A stretch of 64,000 nucleotides of DNA from Thermodesulfobacteriota bacterium (GTDB lineage Bacteria; Desulfobacterota; Desulfobulbia; Desulfobulbales; SURF-16), in assembly GCA_039715015.1 (NCBI GenBank), contig JBDLIE010000014.1, positions 1 through 64,000 of the forward strand, given 5' to 3'. Under the pieces are notes generated by a model. It was not told where the DNA came from, did no database searches, and was given only the letters and a program-made list of their open reading frames with translations. Positions 48,008 to 58,073 of the stretch are shown here, one piece after another. The translations under genes were made by a program, and so were the position numbers. Each line of letters starts with the position of its first letter. Positions within the stretch are counted from its first letter, which is position 1.

Positions 48008-48733
48008 ATGGAGTATGATTCTTTTTTCTGGATGGCTATGCAGTCAAGTGTGGTGCTGGGCCTTATCCATGGCATCAACCCCTGCGGCCATTCATGGCTG
48101 GTGCTGGCCCCCTTTGTAGCTGGCAAGAAAGATGGTAGAAAGGTGAGCTTTCTGACCATTGCCTTTCTTTCAGGCACGGCAGCCGCCTGCATCGCCCTTG
48201 GCGCCAGCCTGGGCGCCATTTCACAGATTATCCCCAACAACTTGCAGTGGTGGCTGGAAATCGGCACCGGCGTAGCCCTGGCTGCCATAGGCATCGTGTT
48301 GATTGTTAAGCCGACTATCCTTCACAACCATGACCATACCCATCAACACCACGGCCATAATCATGAAAGCAAATCACATCACCACGCCGAAGACTGCAGC
48401 TGCAGCCATCACAGGCACAGCAAGAAAGAGCATGCAACCGCGGTGGCCCTCTTTGGGGTCGGTTTTGTCAACATGATCATACCCTGCCCCACGGTGGCCA
48501 TCATGTACGGCTATGCCCTTGATTCCGGTAATATTTTCAAGGCAACCCTGGTCTTTGCCGCCTATGCCCTGACCACCGCCATGGCTGTGGCAGCAGTGAT
48601 TTACGCAATTTTTAAGGTCACCAGCCTGCTCCACAAGCTCAACCAGCACTGGGTTGAAAATGTCATAATGCGTACGGCTGGCGTTATCACCCTGCTCTTT
48701 TCCACCATCTCCCTGGCACCGCATATCGCTTAA
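48008..48733 (+). CDS. His-rich Ni/Co-type transporter (RcnA/UreH/DsbD_2-like)
   Basis: LGLIHGINPCGH, several TM helices, HNHDHTHQHHGHNH loop, IPCP. Confidence 0.75.
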   Translation: MEYDSFFWMAMQSSVVLGLIHGINPCGHSWLVLAPFVAGKKDGRKVSFLTIAFLSGTAAACIALGASLGAISQIIPNNLQWWLEIGTGVALAAIGIVLIVKPTILHNHDHTHQHHGHNHESKSHHHAEDCSCSHHRHSKKEHATAVALFGVGFVNMIIPCPTVAIMYGYALDSGNIFKATLVFAAYALTTAMAVAAVIYAIFKVTSLLHKLNQHWVENVIMRTAGVITLLFSTISLAPHIA

Positions 48734-48753
48734 GGACTCTTAACGGAGAAATA

Positions 48754-49173
48754 ATGGACACAAAACTAGAATATCTCTGCCAGCAAATTATCGAATTCTA
48801 TGACAAAATTTCCTCATGGGAACAGGAGGTGGTCAAAGAATCAGGCCTGACACCCAGCCAGATGCATGCCATTGAAATTATTGGTCATGCTGAAGAATTA
48901 CGGATGAAAGAGTTGGCCGAGCAAATGGGGCTGACCACCGGCACCATCACGGTGATGGTGGATGGCCTGGAGAAACAGGGTGCTGTGCAAAGGAAAAGAC
49001 ACGAGGTGGACCGGCGCTCCATCCTGGTGGTCCTGACAGACAAGGGCAAAGAATTCTTCGATGAACACCATCAGCTCCACATGAAACTCACCCAGGAGCT
49101 GAGCTCTTCCCTCTCTGCCAAGGAGGTAGGCTACCTCTCTTCAGCACTCACAAAGATGAATCTGCAGATATGA
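48754..49173 (+). CDS. MarR-family regulator
   Basis: GLT..QMHA, MKELA, GTIT..VDGLE, DRRS..LTDKG, EHHQLH. Confidence 0.92.
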   Translation: MDTKLEYLCQQIIEFYDKISSWEQEVVKESGLTPSQMHAIEIIGHAEELRMKELAEQMGLTTGTITVMVDGLEKQGAVQRKRHEVDRRSILVVLTDKGKEFFDEHHQLHMKLTQELSSSLSAKEVGYLSSALTKMNLQI

Positions 49174-49593
49174 AAAAGATGCCGCTCTTGCACGAATAAA
49201 GCAGCAAAATTTATTTCATATATTTTTCAATGGCGTGGGGCATCTTACCGAGGCCTGTCATGTGATCTTTTAGAAAGCAGTTTTTCATGATCGCTTCAGG
49301 TGGCGAAATTACCTTTTCATAACGCCTTCATTTTCTTTGCCAGCCCTACCTGTAAAACAAGCGCCACCGCCACAATGACAAACAACAAGGCGCGTTTGAC
49401 ACGTAAAAGGCCGGCCATCTGCTTGACTGACTCCCCTTCCAAAGCAATCTGCCACCCCTTTCCAGCCCAGGTCCGTGCGCCTGCCCTCTGTCTCAACCGG
49501 CAAGGCTCTCTATTTTCTTGACCTGCGACGTCTATAATCGCTATTCTTTATCTGATTACCATCGAATCTCAGCCACTTTCCTGGGATGATGTC

Positions 49594-49718
49594 GTAGGAG
49601 CACCCCAAGGGTATTCGAAGTCTTCGCTTATCTCCTGCGGGGCACCCGGCCCTCCGGGCGATAAAGAGACAATCCTGACTCGTCAGGTAGTCCATCGCTC
49701 ACAGGGGTGAGCTCCTAC
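49594..49718. repeat. GTAG REP doublet, left unit with a 44 bp insert
   Basis: GTAGGAGC[insert]CCGGCCCTCCGGGCGAT ... ATCGCTCACAGGGGTGAGCTCCTAC. Confidence 0.85.
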
Positions 49719-49919
49719 AGGTCCCTATTTGTCCCTTGATGATGAGATAATGGCTGAAACATGGTGGTAATCATAATTCTTTAAGAATGTGCACAGGCTT
49801 TTTGCCGTTCCACATCACTGCCAAGGGTTTTCGACCCGAAAGCCTTGCCTCATTTTACCGCCGCTGCCAGCAAGGGCAGCCCACGGGGATAATGACGGCC
49901 AGATACTTTTTGGGAATTT

Positions 49920-50672
49920 ATGCGCCTCTTTCTCTCCTCTCTTGTCCTCCTCTCCCTGCTCTTTTGCCTGCCCGGCTGCACCGATCAAACAAAGCCCAAA
50001 ATAACCGTCCTTGCCGGCCGGGGCCTAAAAAAACCAATGGAGGAGATACGCTCCGCCTTTATCAACAAACATGGCTTCGAGGTCCACATCGTCTATGCCG
50101 GCTCCAGCACTCTCCTTGACACCATGAAGAAATCAAACAGAGGAGACGTTTTTATCCCAGGCTCTCTCTATACCCTTAACAAGGCCGGCGACATGATCGT
50201 TCGTCATGTGCCGGTGGCCCTCCATACCCCGGTGATTGCCATTTCTTCTAAAAACCCTCTAAAACTGGAATCACTGGCGGATCTGGCCAAGGACAAACTC
50301 CGACTGGGGATCGCCCATAAAGAGATGGCAGCCCTGGGCCGTACCAGTGAAGAGATCTTTGCCGCTTCGCCCCATGGGAAAAAGATTATGAGCAATGTTA
50401 TTATAAAGGCCCAGAATGTCACTGTGCTCCTTGCTCACCTGGTCAATGATGAGTTGGACGCGGCCATTATTTGGTCTGACATGCTTCTCTGGCCCGAATC
50501 CCAAGGCGTAACGTTCTTTGCCATCCCACCCCAATTTAATAAGATTAAAAAAATCCATGCCGGGCTGCTACGGCAGAGTACAAATCCAAAAGCAGCCTCT
50601 CTTTTTGTTGATTTTATGTCCCAACAAGGCCCAGCTGTTTTCCAGAAACATGGTTTTGAGGCAATACCATGA
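49920..50672 (+). CDS. ModA-like molybdate/tungstate-binding lipoprotein (no modBC nearby)
   Basis: [47 protein letters not shown]. Confidence 0.8.
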   Translation: MRLFLSSLVLLSLLFCLPGCTDQTKPKITVLAGRGLKKPMEEIRSAFINKHGFEVHIVYAGSSTLLDTMKKSNRGDVFIPGSLYTLNKAGDMIVRHVPVALHTPVIAISSKNPLKLESLADLAKDKLRLGIAHKEMAALGRTSEEIFAASPHGKKIMSNVIIKAQNVTVLLAHLVNDELDAAIIWSDMLLWPESQGVTFFAIPPQFNKIKKIHAGLLRQSTNPKAASLFVDFMSQQGPAVFQKHGFEAIP

Positions 50673-53392
50673 AGCTGCGCCACAAGATCTTCTTCAGTTT
50701 TCTCCTTGTCGCCCTTTTTATTGTGGTCCTCGCCTCTGGAAGCATTATCGTCCAGAACCGCCTTACCACTCAAATCGAAAAAATTGCCGGCCAGCAATTA
50801 CCAGGTACCGTGGTGATGACCCAGCTCTACGCTGAACTCTTCGAGATCAGAGCCCTGCTGTCACGCTATGGCATCTCCCAAGAGCAAGAGGTCAAAGAAA
50901 AGCTTGAAGGAGCACTTATCGAATTGGCCCAGACGCGCACCGTCCATCTCATTTTCCACGGTCATCATCAGGCTCACCTTTCTGAGACGGAAGATATTCT
51001 CGATCATTTTACCAGTGAGATCAGCAAATTCATCCTCCTTAAGGAAAAAGGGGCCAGCCAAGAGGAGCTTTTGCGGGTGGAGACAAAAATAGACCTCCTG
51101 GCCAACATCTATGCTGAATTTGCCGAGCCGATCATCAACAACATGATGGAGGACTCTCGCCAGACCATTGCCTCTACATTAAAGCAGGCCAAAACGTCCG
51201 CTCATATAATCCTTGCCCTCAGTTTCGTTATCATGGGGCTGGCTATCATCTTTTCCCTCCTTATGACCCGGCGCATCGCCACCCCGGTCCAGAGGCTCAA
51301 AGAGGCTGTTCTGAACATTGCCAAAGGAGAGCTTGATGTTCAAGTTGAGGCTGGCTCCCGGGATGAAATTGATGAGCTGGGCACAGCCATTAATACGATG
51401 AGCAAGGACCTTCAGGAGATGACCATCTCCCGCGATGCCTTTGCCAAGGACGCTCTGGAAAAGGCCAGACAGGCAGAAGCCGCCTCCCGCACCAAGAGCG
51501 AATTCTTAGCCAGCATGAGCCACGAAATCAGGACGCCGATGAATGCTATTCTCGGTATGGCTGACCTCCTCTGGGATTCTTCCCTTGACCCTCAACAACG
51601 GCGCTATGTGGAACTCTTTCGTTCAGCGGGCGAAACCCTCTTGACCCTGCTTAATGACATTCTTGATATTTCCAAGGTGGAAGCAGACAAGCTGGAGATT
51701 GAGTCTTCAGGATTCGACCTCTGCCAAGAGGTGGGCAAGACATGCTCTGTCATGGCTCTGCGCGCCCATGAGAAAGGCCTGGAGCTGATGACCAATGTAA
51801 GAAAAGATGTCCCTGTCTGGGTAATAGGCGATTCAAATCGTTTACGGCAAGTCCTGGCCAATCTCCTGGGAAATGCCATCAAGTTTACAGAACAGGGCGA
51901 GGTGGTTGTCGACGTCACCAAAGAGACCTTGCGTAAAGATGGCGACAAAGAGATTGTTGAGGTTCTCTTCAAGATCTCGGACACCGGCATAGGCATTCCA
52001 GAGGATAAACAAAAAATAATCTTTGAAGATTTCACCCAGGCCGATGCATCCACTACCCGCCAGTATGGCGGTACAGGTCTCGGCCTTGCCATTTGTAAAA
52101 AACTGGTGGAGAAGATGGGGGGCTCTATTGCCCTGACCAGTAAAGAGGGGCAGGGCAGCTCGTTTTCCTTCTCCTTATCCTTCCAATTTCTTCCTGAAGT
52201 CGAAGGAGGGGGCCAGGAATCCATGCCCATTGTTGACCTCACCGGGATAAAGATTCTGGTTATCGACGACAATAGCACCAACCGTCTCATTCTCCGTCAT
52301 GTTCTCCAGGAAGAAGGTGCTGAAGTCCACGAGGCGGCCAGCGGGGAAAAAAGTCTTCTACTTCTGGATGAGGCCTGGACGAAAAACCAGCCCTTTGACC
52401 TGCTCCTCCTTGACGGACGGATGCCGGGCATGGATGGCTTTAGGGTGGCTGAACATCTTAGCAATCACCCGAACAGTGCGAATCTAACTATTATGATGCT
52501 CACCTCCGACAACCAGACAGATAATATTGACCGCTGCCAGACCCTGGGCATTGACCAGTATCTCGTCAAACCGGTGCAGCGCCCGGCCCTGCTGGAGAGT
52601 ATTGCCAAGGCCTTATGGGATAAAAACAAAGCAGAACCCCCGGCAGACCAACCCGCAAGCCTTCAGACAAAACCATCAGGCCCCTGCCGCATCCTGATGG
52701 CCGAAGATTCGAAGGATAACCAGTTTCTGATTAAGGCCTTTTTGGAAGGGACGCCCTGCGTGCTTGATATTGCTGAAAACGGGGTGCTGGCCGTGGAGAA
52801 ATTTATCTCTGGCCGCTATGACCTGGTGCTCATGGACATCCAGATGCCACGCAAGGACGGCTATGAGGCCAGCCGTGAAATCCGCCAATATGAAGCAAAG
52901 ACAAACCAACCGCCAACACCAATCATCGCCCTCACCGCCCATGCCCTTAAGGAGCATCGTCAAAAAAGTCTGGAGGCCGGTTGTGATGACCACCTCACTA
53001 AGCCGGTAAGAAAAGAAACCCTGCTGGCCACCCTGGCCAAATACAATAAAATCCCCATGGCCCATAACGATCCTCAAAATGCCTCTGCCGGCAGTGGCCT
53101 TCAAACCGTGATCGTTGAAGAGTACCTGCGCAAACTGATCCCCAAATACCTGGACAACATCCGGCAGAATCTAAACCTGATCAAGGAGGCCGTGGACCGC
53201 CGGGACTTTGAAGAACCCCGCATCCTCTCCCACAACATGAAGGGGACCGGTGGCGGTTATGGTTTTGATAAGATCAGTGAGATAAGTAAAGAAATGGAGG
53301 AAGGCGCCAAGAAAAAAGAAGCTAAAACAATCCATAATTGTCTTGCAAAACTTCGGGACTATTTGGACAATATTATTATTGAATACCAATAA
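50669..53392 (+). CDS. Hybrid kinase TM-HAMP-HisKA-HATPase-REC-REC-HPt
   Basis: [28 protein letters not shown], two REC domains, HNMKGTGG HPt motif. Confidence 0.95.
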   Translation: MKLRHKIFFSFLLVALFIVVLASGSIIVQNRLTTQIEKIAGQQLPGTVVMTQLYAELFEIRALLSRYGISQEQEVKEKLEGALIELAQTRTVHLIFHGHHQAHLSETEDILDHFTSEISKFILLKEKGASQEELLRVETKIDLLANIYAEFAEPIINNMMEDSRQTIASTLKQAKTSAHIILALSFVIMGLAIIFSLLMTRRIATPVQRLKEAVLNIAKGELDVQVEAGSRDEIDELGTAINTMSKDLQEMTISRDAFAKDALEKARQAEAASRTKSEFLASMSHEIRTPMNAILGMADLLWDSSLDPQQRRYVELFRSAGETLLTLLNDILDISKVEADKLEIESSGFDLCQEVGKTCSVMALRAHEKGLELMTNVRKDVPVWVIGDSNRLRQVLANLLGNAIKFTEQGEVVVDVTKETLRKDGDKEIVEVLFKISDTGIGIPEDKQKIIFEDFTQADASTTRQYGGTGLGLAICKKLVEKMGGSIALTSKEGQGSSFSFSLSFQFLPEVEGGGQESMPIVDLTGIKILVIDDNSTNRLILRHVLQEEGAEVHEAASGEKSLLLLDEAWTKNQPFDLLLLDGRMPGMDGFRVAEHLSNHPNSANLTIMMLTSDNQTDNIDRCQTLGIDQYLVKPVQRPALLESIAKALWDKNKAEPPADQPASLQTKPSGPCRILMAEDSKDNQFLIKAFLEGTPCVLDIAENGVLAVEKFISGRYDLVLMDIQMPRKDGYEASREIRQYEAKTNQPPTPIIALTAHALKEHRQKSLEAGCDDHLTKPVRKETLLATLAKYNKIPMAHNDPQNASAGSGLQTVIVEEYLRKLIPKYLDNIRQNLNLIKEAVDRRDFEEPRILSHNMKGTGGGYGFDKISEISKEMEEGAKKKEAKTIHNCLAKLRDYLDNIIIEYQ

Positions 53393-53421
53393 TCCCGATC
53401 AGATCAGCCAATTGCCACGCC

Positions 53422-54420
53422 ATGACTTTCAACAACAAAGCCATTCTCGTCATTGACGATTCCTTTGATAGCAGGACCCTTATCTGCCATATCCTCCGGC
53501 AGGCAGGCTACACCAATATTTTGGAGGCAGATTCGGCCCGCCAGGCCTTTGAAATTTTAGAGGGTCCAGAGATCTCCAGCGGCCTCTATGCAGATCTGGA
53601 TCTCATCCTGCTCGATATCGTTATGCCTAATATGGACGGCATCACCGCCTGCATCAAACTTAAGGCTTTGCCCCAGACCTCTGAGGTGCCCATCATCATG
53701 GTGACGGCAGACACCAAGGATGACAGCCTGCAAAATGCCTTTGACCAAGGGGCCATGGACTATGTCAACAAGCCGATTAACCGGGTGGAGCTCTGTGCCC
53801 GGGTCAAGTCGGCCCTGCTTCTCAAGCATGAGATGGACAAACGTAACGCCCTGACCAAGGAGCTGGAAGCAGCAAATAAAATCCTGCAACGCACGGCGCT
53901 CACCGATGGCCTCACCGGCATTGCCAACCGCCGCTATTTTGATAAATTTCTTGAAAAGGAATGGCGCCGCTGCCGCCGCGAGCAGCACCCCATCACCCTC
54001 TGCCTGGCCGATATTGATTTTTTCAAGGCATATAACGACAGCTACGGTCACCTTCTGGGTGACGATTGCTTACAAAAGGTGGCCACTCTGCTGGCCACCA
54101 ATATCAAAAGACCGGCAGATTTGGTATCCCGCTACGGCGGTGAGGAGTTTGCCATCATTCTTTCTGAAACCTCTGAGGTCGGGGGCTGCGCCGTAGCCAA
54201 GAGGGTGATGGCCACCCTGAAAGCACGCAACATTCCCCATGAACACTCAGAGGTGAGCGACCGCATTACCCTGAGCTTCGGGGTGGCCGCCCTCATTCCT
54301 AGGGCAGGAACTGCAGTCCACGATCTTGTTGCCAAGGCCGACAAGGCCCTGTACGAGGCCAAAAACATGGGCCGCAACCAAATCAGCTGCTCTTGCCTGA
54401 AAGAAGCGGGCCAGCTCTAG
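53422..54420 (+). CDS. REC-GGDEF diguanylate cyclase
   Basis: REC domain, TDGLTG, DIDFFK, RPAD I-site, RYGGEEF. Confidence 0.95.
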   Translation: MTFNNKAILVIDDSFDSRTLICHILRQAGYTNILEADSARQAFEILEGPEISSGLYADLDLILLDIVMPNMDGITACIKLKALPQTSEVPIIMVTADTKDDSLQNAFDQGAMDYVNKPINRVELCARVKSALLLKHEMDKRNALTKELEAANKILQRTALTDGLTGIANRRYFDKFLEKEWRRCRREQHPITLCLADIDFFKAYNDSYGHLLGDDCLQKVATLLATNIKRPADLVSRYGGEEFAIILSETSEVGGCAVAKRVMATLKARNIPHEHSEVSDRITLSFGVAALIPRAGTAVHDLVAKADKALYEAKNMGRNQISCSCLKEAGQL

Positions 54421-54504
54421 AATTCGCCACCAAAGGCGTATCTGACTACCTTCGCACTGTAGGCATTACAGCAATATCCCCCCTGTGCAGGAGAACCGCT
54501 TTCT

Positions 54505-54570
54505 GTAGGAGCCCGGTCTCGGGGCGATAAGAAAGGCGGTCTATTCAGGCAGCCGGCCATATCGCCCGAG
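54505..54570. repeat. GTAG REP doublet with truncated right unit
   Basis: GTAGGAGCCCGGTCTCGGGGCGAT ... ATCGCCCGAG, after which homology stops. Confidence 0.75.
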
Positions 54571-54790
54571 TTTTCAGCGATGTGATCCTGGCCGGCAAAA
54601 CCGGCCTTCAACTTGCGGAAGGGCTTTCCGGGGCCGATCCGCATTTAAAAATACTGTTAACCAGCTGCCCTACCGATAAGAAATCCCAGATGCCCCTGAT
54701 TAAAGAAAAGGGCCCCCCTTTTCTCCCCAAAAACCGTATGACATCATGACCTTCTTGAAAAAAATTAAAGAGACTCTGGCCTCCTCCTGA
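54570..54790 (+). pseudogene. C-terminal receiver-domain remnant with a frameshift
   Basis: VFSDVILAGKTGLQLAE..PHLKILLTS..KEKGPPFLPK / PYDIMTFLKKIKETLASS*, with no N-terminus. Confidence 0.75.
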
Positions 54791-54818
54791 GACAAGAATT
54801 CTTTTGAGACCCTGGATT

Positions 54819-56975
54819 ATGACAGTTAAAGCCTCAAGAAATATCAGCAGCCCCAAACGTTTTCTGCTTATTACCATCCTCACCTGGTCCTCTTGCGTGC
54901 TCATCGCCTGGTTTATGATTTCGATCTCAGGGCAGCGTACCCAGGTGGAGCACACTGCGATCCATGAAGCGCACAGTTTTCTTGCCGCTGACCGGACATT
55001 CCGCCTCTGGGCAGCCAGCCACGGCGGGGTCTACGTGCCTTCCAGCTCAAAAACCCCTCCCAACCCTTACCTCGCCCACATACCTAATCGAGACCTATCC
55101 CTGGACAACGGCAAGGGCCTTACCTTAATGAACCCAGCCTATATGCTGCGCCAGCTTCATGAGGAGTACAGCGAGGCCTTGGAGCTTCGGGGCCATATCA
55201 CCAGCCTGGATCCCATTCGGCCGGAAAATGCCCCGGCAGACTGGGAAAGGCGGGCCCTGGGAACCTTTAAGACAGGAAATGAGGAATTTGTCGAATTCAC
55301 CAAAGTCGACGGCCACGAGTCCCTGCGGATGATGCAACCCCTGGTCACCCAGGAAGGATGCCTCAAATGTCATGCCCATCAGGGCTATAAGGTTGGCGAT
55401 ATCAGGGGAGGTATCAGTATCACCTTTCCCCTCACCGAATTATGGAATGAGGCCAGGCAACATAGAATATATTGGAGCCTCTCCCTTCTCCTTCTCTGGC
55501 TCCTTGGCCTTGCCGGCATCTGGTTTTCCAGCCGGAGGATTATTGCCGAAATAGAGGCCAAGGATGAGGCCTACGGCGAACTGGAAATATACCAGCACAC
55601 CCTGGAGCAAAATGTCCGGGATCGAACCAAGTCGGTGGAAGAGGCCAATGCCCAGCTTGAAGAGGAGGTGGAGGAACGGGCCAAGATCCAGGACGCCCTG
55701 GAGAGTTCCCACGGTGAACTGGAGCAGATCTTCAACTCAGCGGCCGACGGCATGCGCATTGTCGACTGGGACCATAACGTCATTAAGTTCAACGACACCT
55801 TTGCCAGGATGGCAGGGGGAAGCCGTCTGAGCCTGGGCGGCCGCAAATGCTATGAGATCTTCCCAGGTCTCCTCTGCCACACCGAGGAGTGTCCACTGCA
55901 AGAGGCCAGAAATGGCGAGAAAGCGACATCCCGCGAAACCATCAAAACCTCCCTGGATGGCAACACCATACACTGTCTCAGCCAATCCACTATTTTTTAC
56001 GATTCGGCAGGCAGCCCCATGGGCATCCTGGAAAGCTTCCGTGACATTTCCGAATTCAAAAAACTTGAACAAGAGCTTTCCGAAGAGGCGGCCCGCACAG
56101 CTCAGCAGGCCGTGGAGCTGCAACAAAAAAATACCGATATCATTAGCCAGAATGTTGAAATAGAACAGGCCCTGCACGAGTTAAAGGCAACCCAATCCCA
56201 GATGCTGCAAAATGAGAAAATGGCCACTGTGGGCCAGCTTGCTGCCGGGGTGGCCCACGAGATCAACAACCCCACCGGCTTTGTCACCTCCAACCTCTCC
56301 ACCCTGGAAAAATATGTTCAGCGCATTACTGATTTCCTCGACAAGCTGGCAGAAATGGTACCAGCGGAAAACGAGGAGGAAATCAGCAAACTCCGTAAAA
56401 AAATGAAGATCGATCATATCACCGAGGATATCCACGATTTAATTGAGGAGAGCCTGGACGGTACTGAACGGATCAAAAAAATTGTCATGTCCCTGAAAAA
56501 CTTCTCCCGCCAAGACCATGAGGAGTACGGTCAGACAGACATTAACGACTGCCTGGATTCCACCTTGAACGTGGTCTGGAACGAACTCAAGTATAAGGTC
56601 ACGGTGGACAAGGAGTATGGTGAACTACCACTGACCAGGTGCTACGCCCAGCAGCTTAACCAGGTATTCATGAACCTGCTGGTCAACAGTGCCCAGGCCA
56701 TTGAAGAGCAGGGGGTTATCACCATCAAGACCTGGACAGATGATGCAAAAATATTCATCTCTGTTGCCGACACCGGAAGCGGCATGGATGAAGAGACCAT
56801 GGCCCGCATCTTTGACCCCTTCTACACCACCAAGGGAAAAGACAAGGGCACCGGTCTGGGCCTCAGCATTGCCCACGACATCATCACCAAAAAACATCAT
56901 GGCCGACTCTGTGTGGAAAGCCGCAAAGGGCAAGGCACCACCTTTATAATTGAAATCCCGGTGGTTGAAGAGTGA
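54819..56975 (+). CDS. Sensor kinase with periplasmic heme-c (DUF3365/Tll0287-like) domain and PAS
   Basis: HGGVYV, MNPAYM, PENAPADWE, CLKCH..GY.VGDIRGG; PAS; GQLAAGVAHEINNP. Confidence 0.9.
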   Translation: MTVKASRNISSPKRFLLITILTWSSCVLIAWFMISISGQRTQVEHTAIHEAHSFLAADRTFRLWAASHGGVYVPSSSKTPPNPYLAHIPNRDLSLDNGKGLTLMNPAYMLRQLHEEYSEALELRGHITSLDPIRPENAPADWERRALGTFKTGNEEFVEFTKVDGHESLRMMQPLVTQEGCLKCHAHQGYKVGDIRGGISITFPLTELWNEARQHRIYWSLSLLLLWLLGLAGIWFSSRRIIAEIEAKDEAYGELEIYQHTLEQNVRDRTKSVEEANAQLEEEVEERAKIQDALESSHGELEQIFNSAADGMRIVDWDHNVIKFNDTFARMAGGSRLSLGGRKCYEIFPGLLCHTEECPLQEARNGEKATSRETIKTSLDGNTIHCLSQSTIFYDSAGSPMGILESFRDISEFKKLEQELSEEAARTAQQAVELQQKNTDIISQNVEIEQALHELKATQSQMLQNEKMATVGQLAAGVAHEINNPTGFVTSNLSTLEKYVQRITDFLDKLAEMVPAENEEEISKLRKKMKIDHITEDIHDLIEESLDGTERIKKIVMSLKNFSRQDHEEYGQTDINDCLDSTLNVVWNELKYKVTVDKEYGELPLTRCYAQQLNQVFMNLLVNSAQAIEEQGVITIKTWTDDAKIFISVADTGSGMDEETMARIFDPFYTTKGKDKGTGLGLSIAHDIITKKHHGRLCVESRKGQGTTFIIEIPVVEE

Positions 56976-57970
56976 TCATGGCCCCTGAACAACTTCATAC
57001 CCTGCTCATTGTTGATGACGAGCCGCAAATCATCAGATCGGTGAGCCGTCTCTTTCTTGACGAGCATCTCAATATCATGGCGGCCAGCAGTGGCGAAGAG
57101 GCCCTGGACCTGCTTGGCGACCATGAGGTGGCGGTGATGCTCACCGACCACTGCATGCCGGAAATGACCGGCCTTGAGCTCCTTAATGCCGCCAAGAAAA
57201 TCTCACCCGATACGGTGCGCCTGATGATGACCGGCAATGCCGACCTGCAGGTAACCATCAAGGCCATTAATGAAGGAGAGGTGTATCGTTTTATTGTCAA
57301 ACCCTGGCACAATCAAGAGCTGATCACCATGGTCATGGAGGCCTTAAACCGCTTTCAGCTCTCAAGGGCATTGCATAGCTCTGACGAGCGCACCCTCCGC
57401 TCTCTGGCCCAGACCATAGAACTTAAAGACGTCTATACCCGGGGCCATTGCGACAGGGTGGCCCATTACGCCCTGCTGCTTGCCGATGTCCTTGGTTTTA
57501 ACGAAAACCGTCAAAAGCTTGTCCGCCACGGCTGCTGGCTCCACGATTGCGGCAAAATCGGCATTCCCGGCGCTATCCTTAATAAGGAGGGAAAGCTGAG
57601 TGACGATGAGTTTGACATCATTAAGAAGCATCCTCTCTGGGGCATGAAGGTGGCTGAGGAAGCAGGCCTGGACCAGGTGATCCTCGACATTATTGTCGGC
57701 CACCATGAACGTTTTGACGGCAGAGGCTACCCCCATGGAATTTCCGGGGAAGAGATCCCCCTTGAAGCGCGGATCACAGCCATTGCCGATGTTTACGACG
57801 CCCTGACCACGGACCGTTCCTACCGCAGCCGCTTCAGTCACGCCAAGGCCCTGGAGATTATGACCAATGAACGGGGCAAGGCCTTTGAGGAGGAACTTTT
57901 GGACCTCTTTTTTGTAATTCTGGAGGATGAAAAAAATAGAGTAGCACCGGAAGACTCTTCGGCCCAGTAG
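56972..57970 (+). CDS. REC-HD-GYP c-di-GMP phosphodiesterase
   Basis: YTRGHCDRV, LHDCGKIG, HHERFDGRGYP, IADVYDAL. Confidence 0.93.
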   Translation: MIMAPEQLHTLLIVDDEPQIIRSVSRLFLDEHLNIMAASSGEEALDLLGDHEVAVMLTDHCMPEMTGLELLNAAKKISPDTVRLMMTGNADLQVTIKAINEGEVYRFIVKPWHNQELITMVMEALNRFQLSRALHSSDERTLRSLAQTIELKDVYTRGHCDRVAHYALLLADVLGFNENRQKLVRHGCWLHDCGKIGIPGAILNKEGKLSDDEFDIIKKHPLWGMKVAEEAGLDQVILDIIVGHHERFDGRGYPHGISGEEIPLEARITAIADVYDALTTDRSYRSRFSHAKALEIMTNERGKAFEEELLDLFFVILEDEKNRVAPEDSSAQ

Positions 57971-58039
57971 GAGCCCGCCCCCTGCGGACGAAAAATTCTA
58001 TATACCCACACCTATCGCCCGCAGGGGGCGGGCTCCTAC
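57967..58039. repeat. GTAG REP doublet overlapping the HD-GYP stop codon
   Basis: GTAGGAGCCCGCCCCCTGCGGACGA ... ATCGCCCGCAGGGGGCGGGCTCCTAC. Confidence 0.85.
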
Positions 58040-58073
58040 TGGGTGCCACCCTATTTTAACAAAAAGCGCTTAT

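Noticed and set aside
49317..49418. 33-codon minus-strand hydrophobic ORF (MAGLLRVKRALLFVIVAVAL...)
   Set aside because: Could be a signal-peptide remnant, but there is no independent support.
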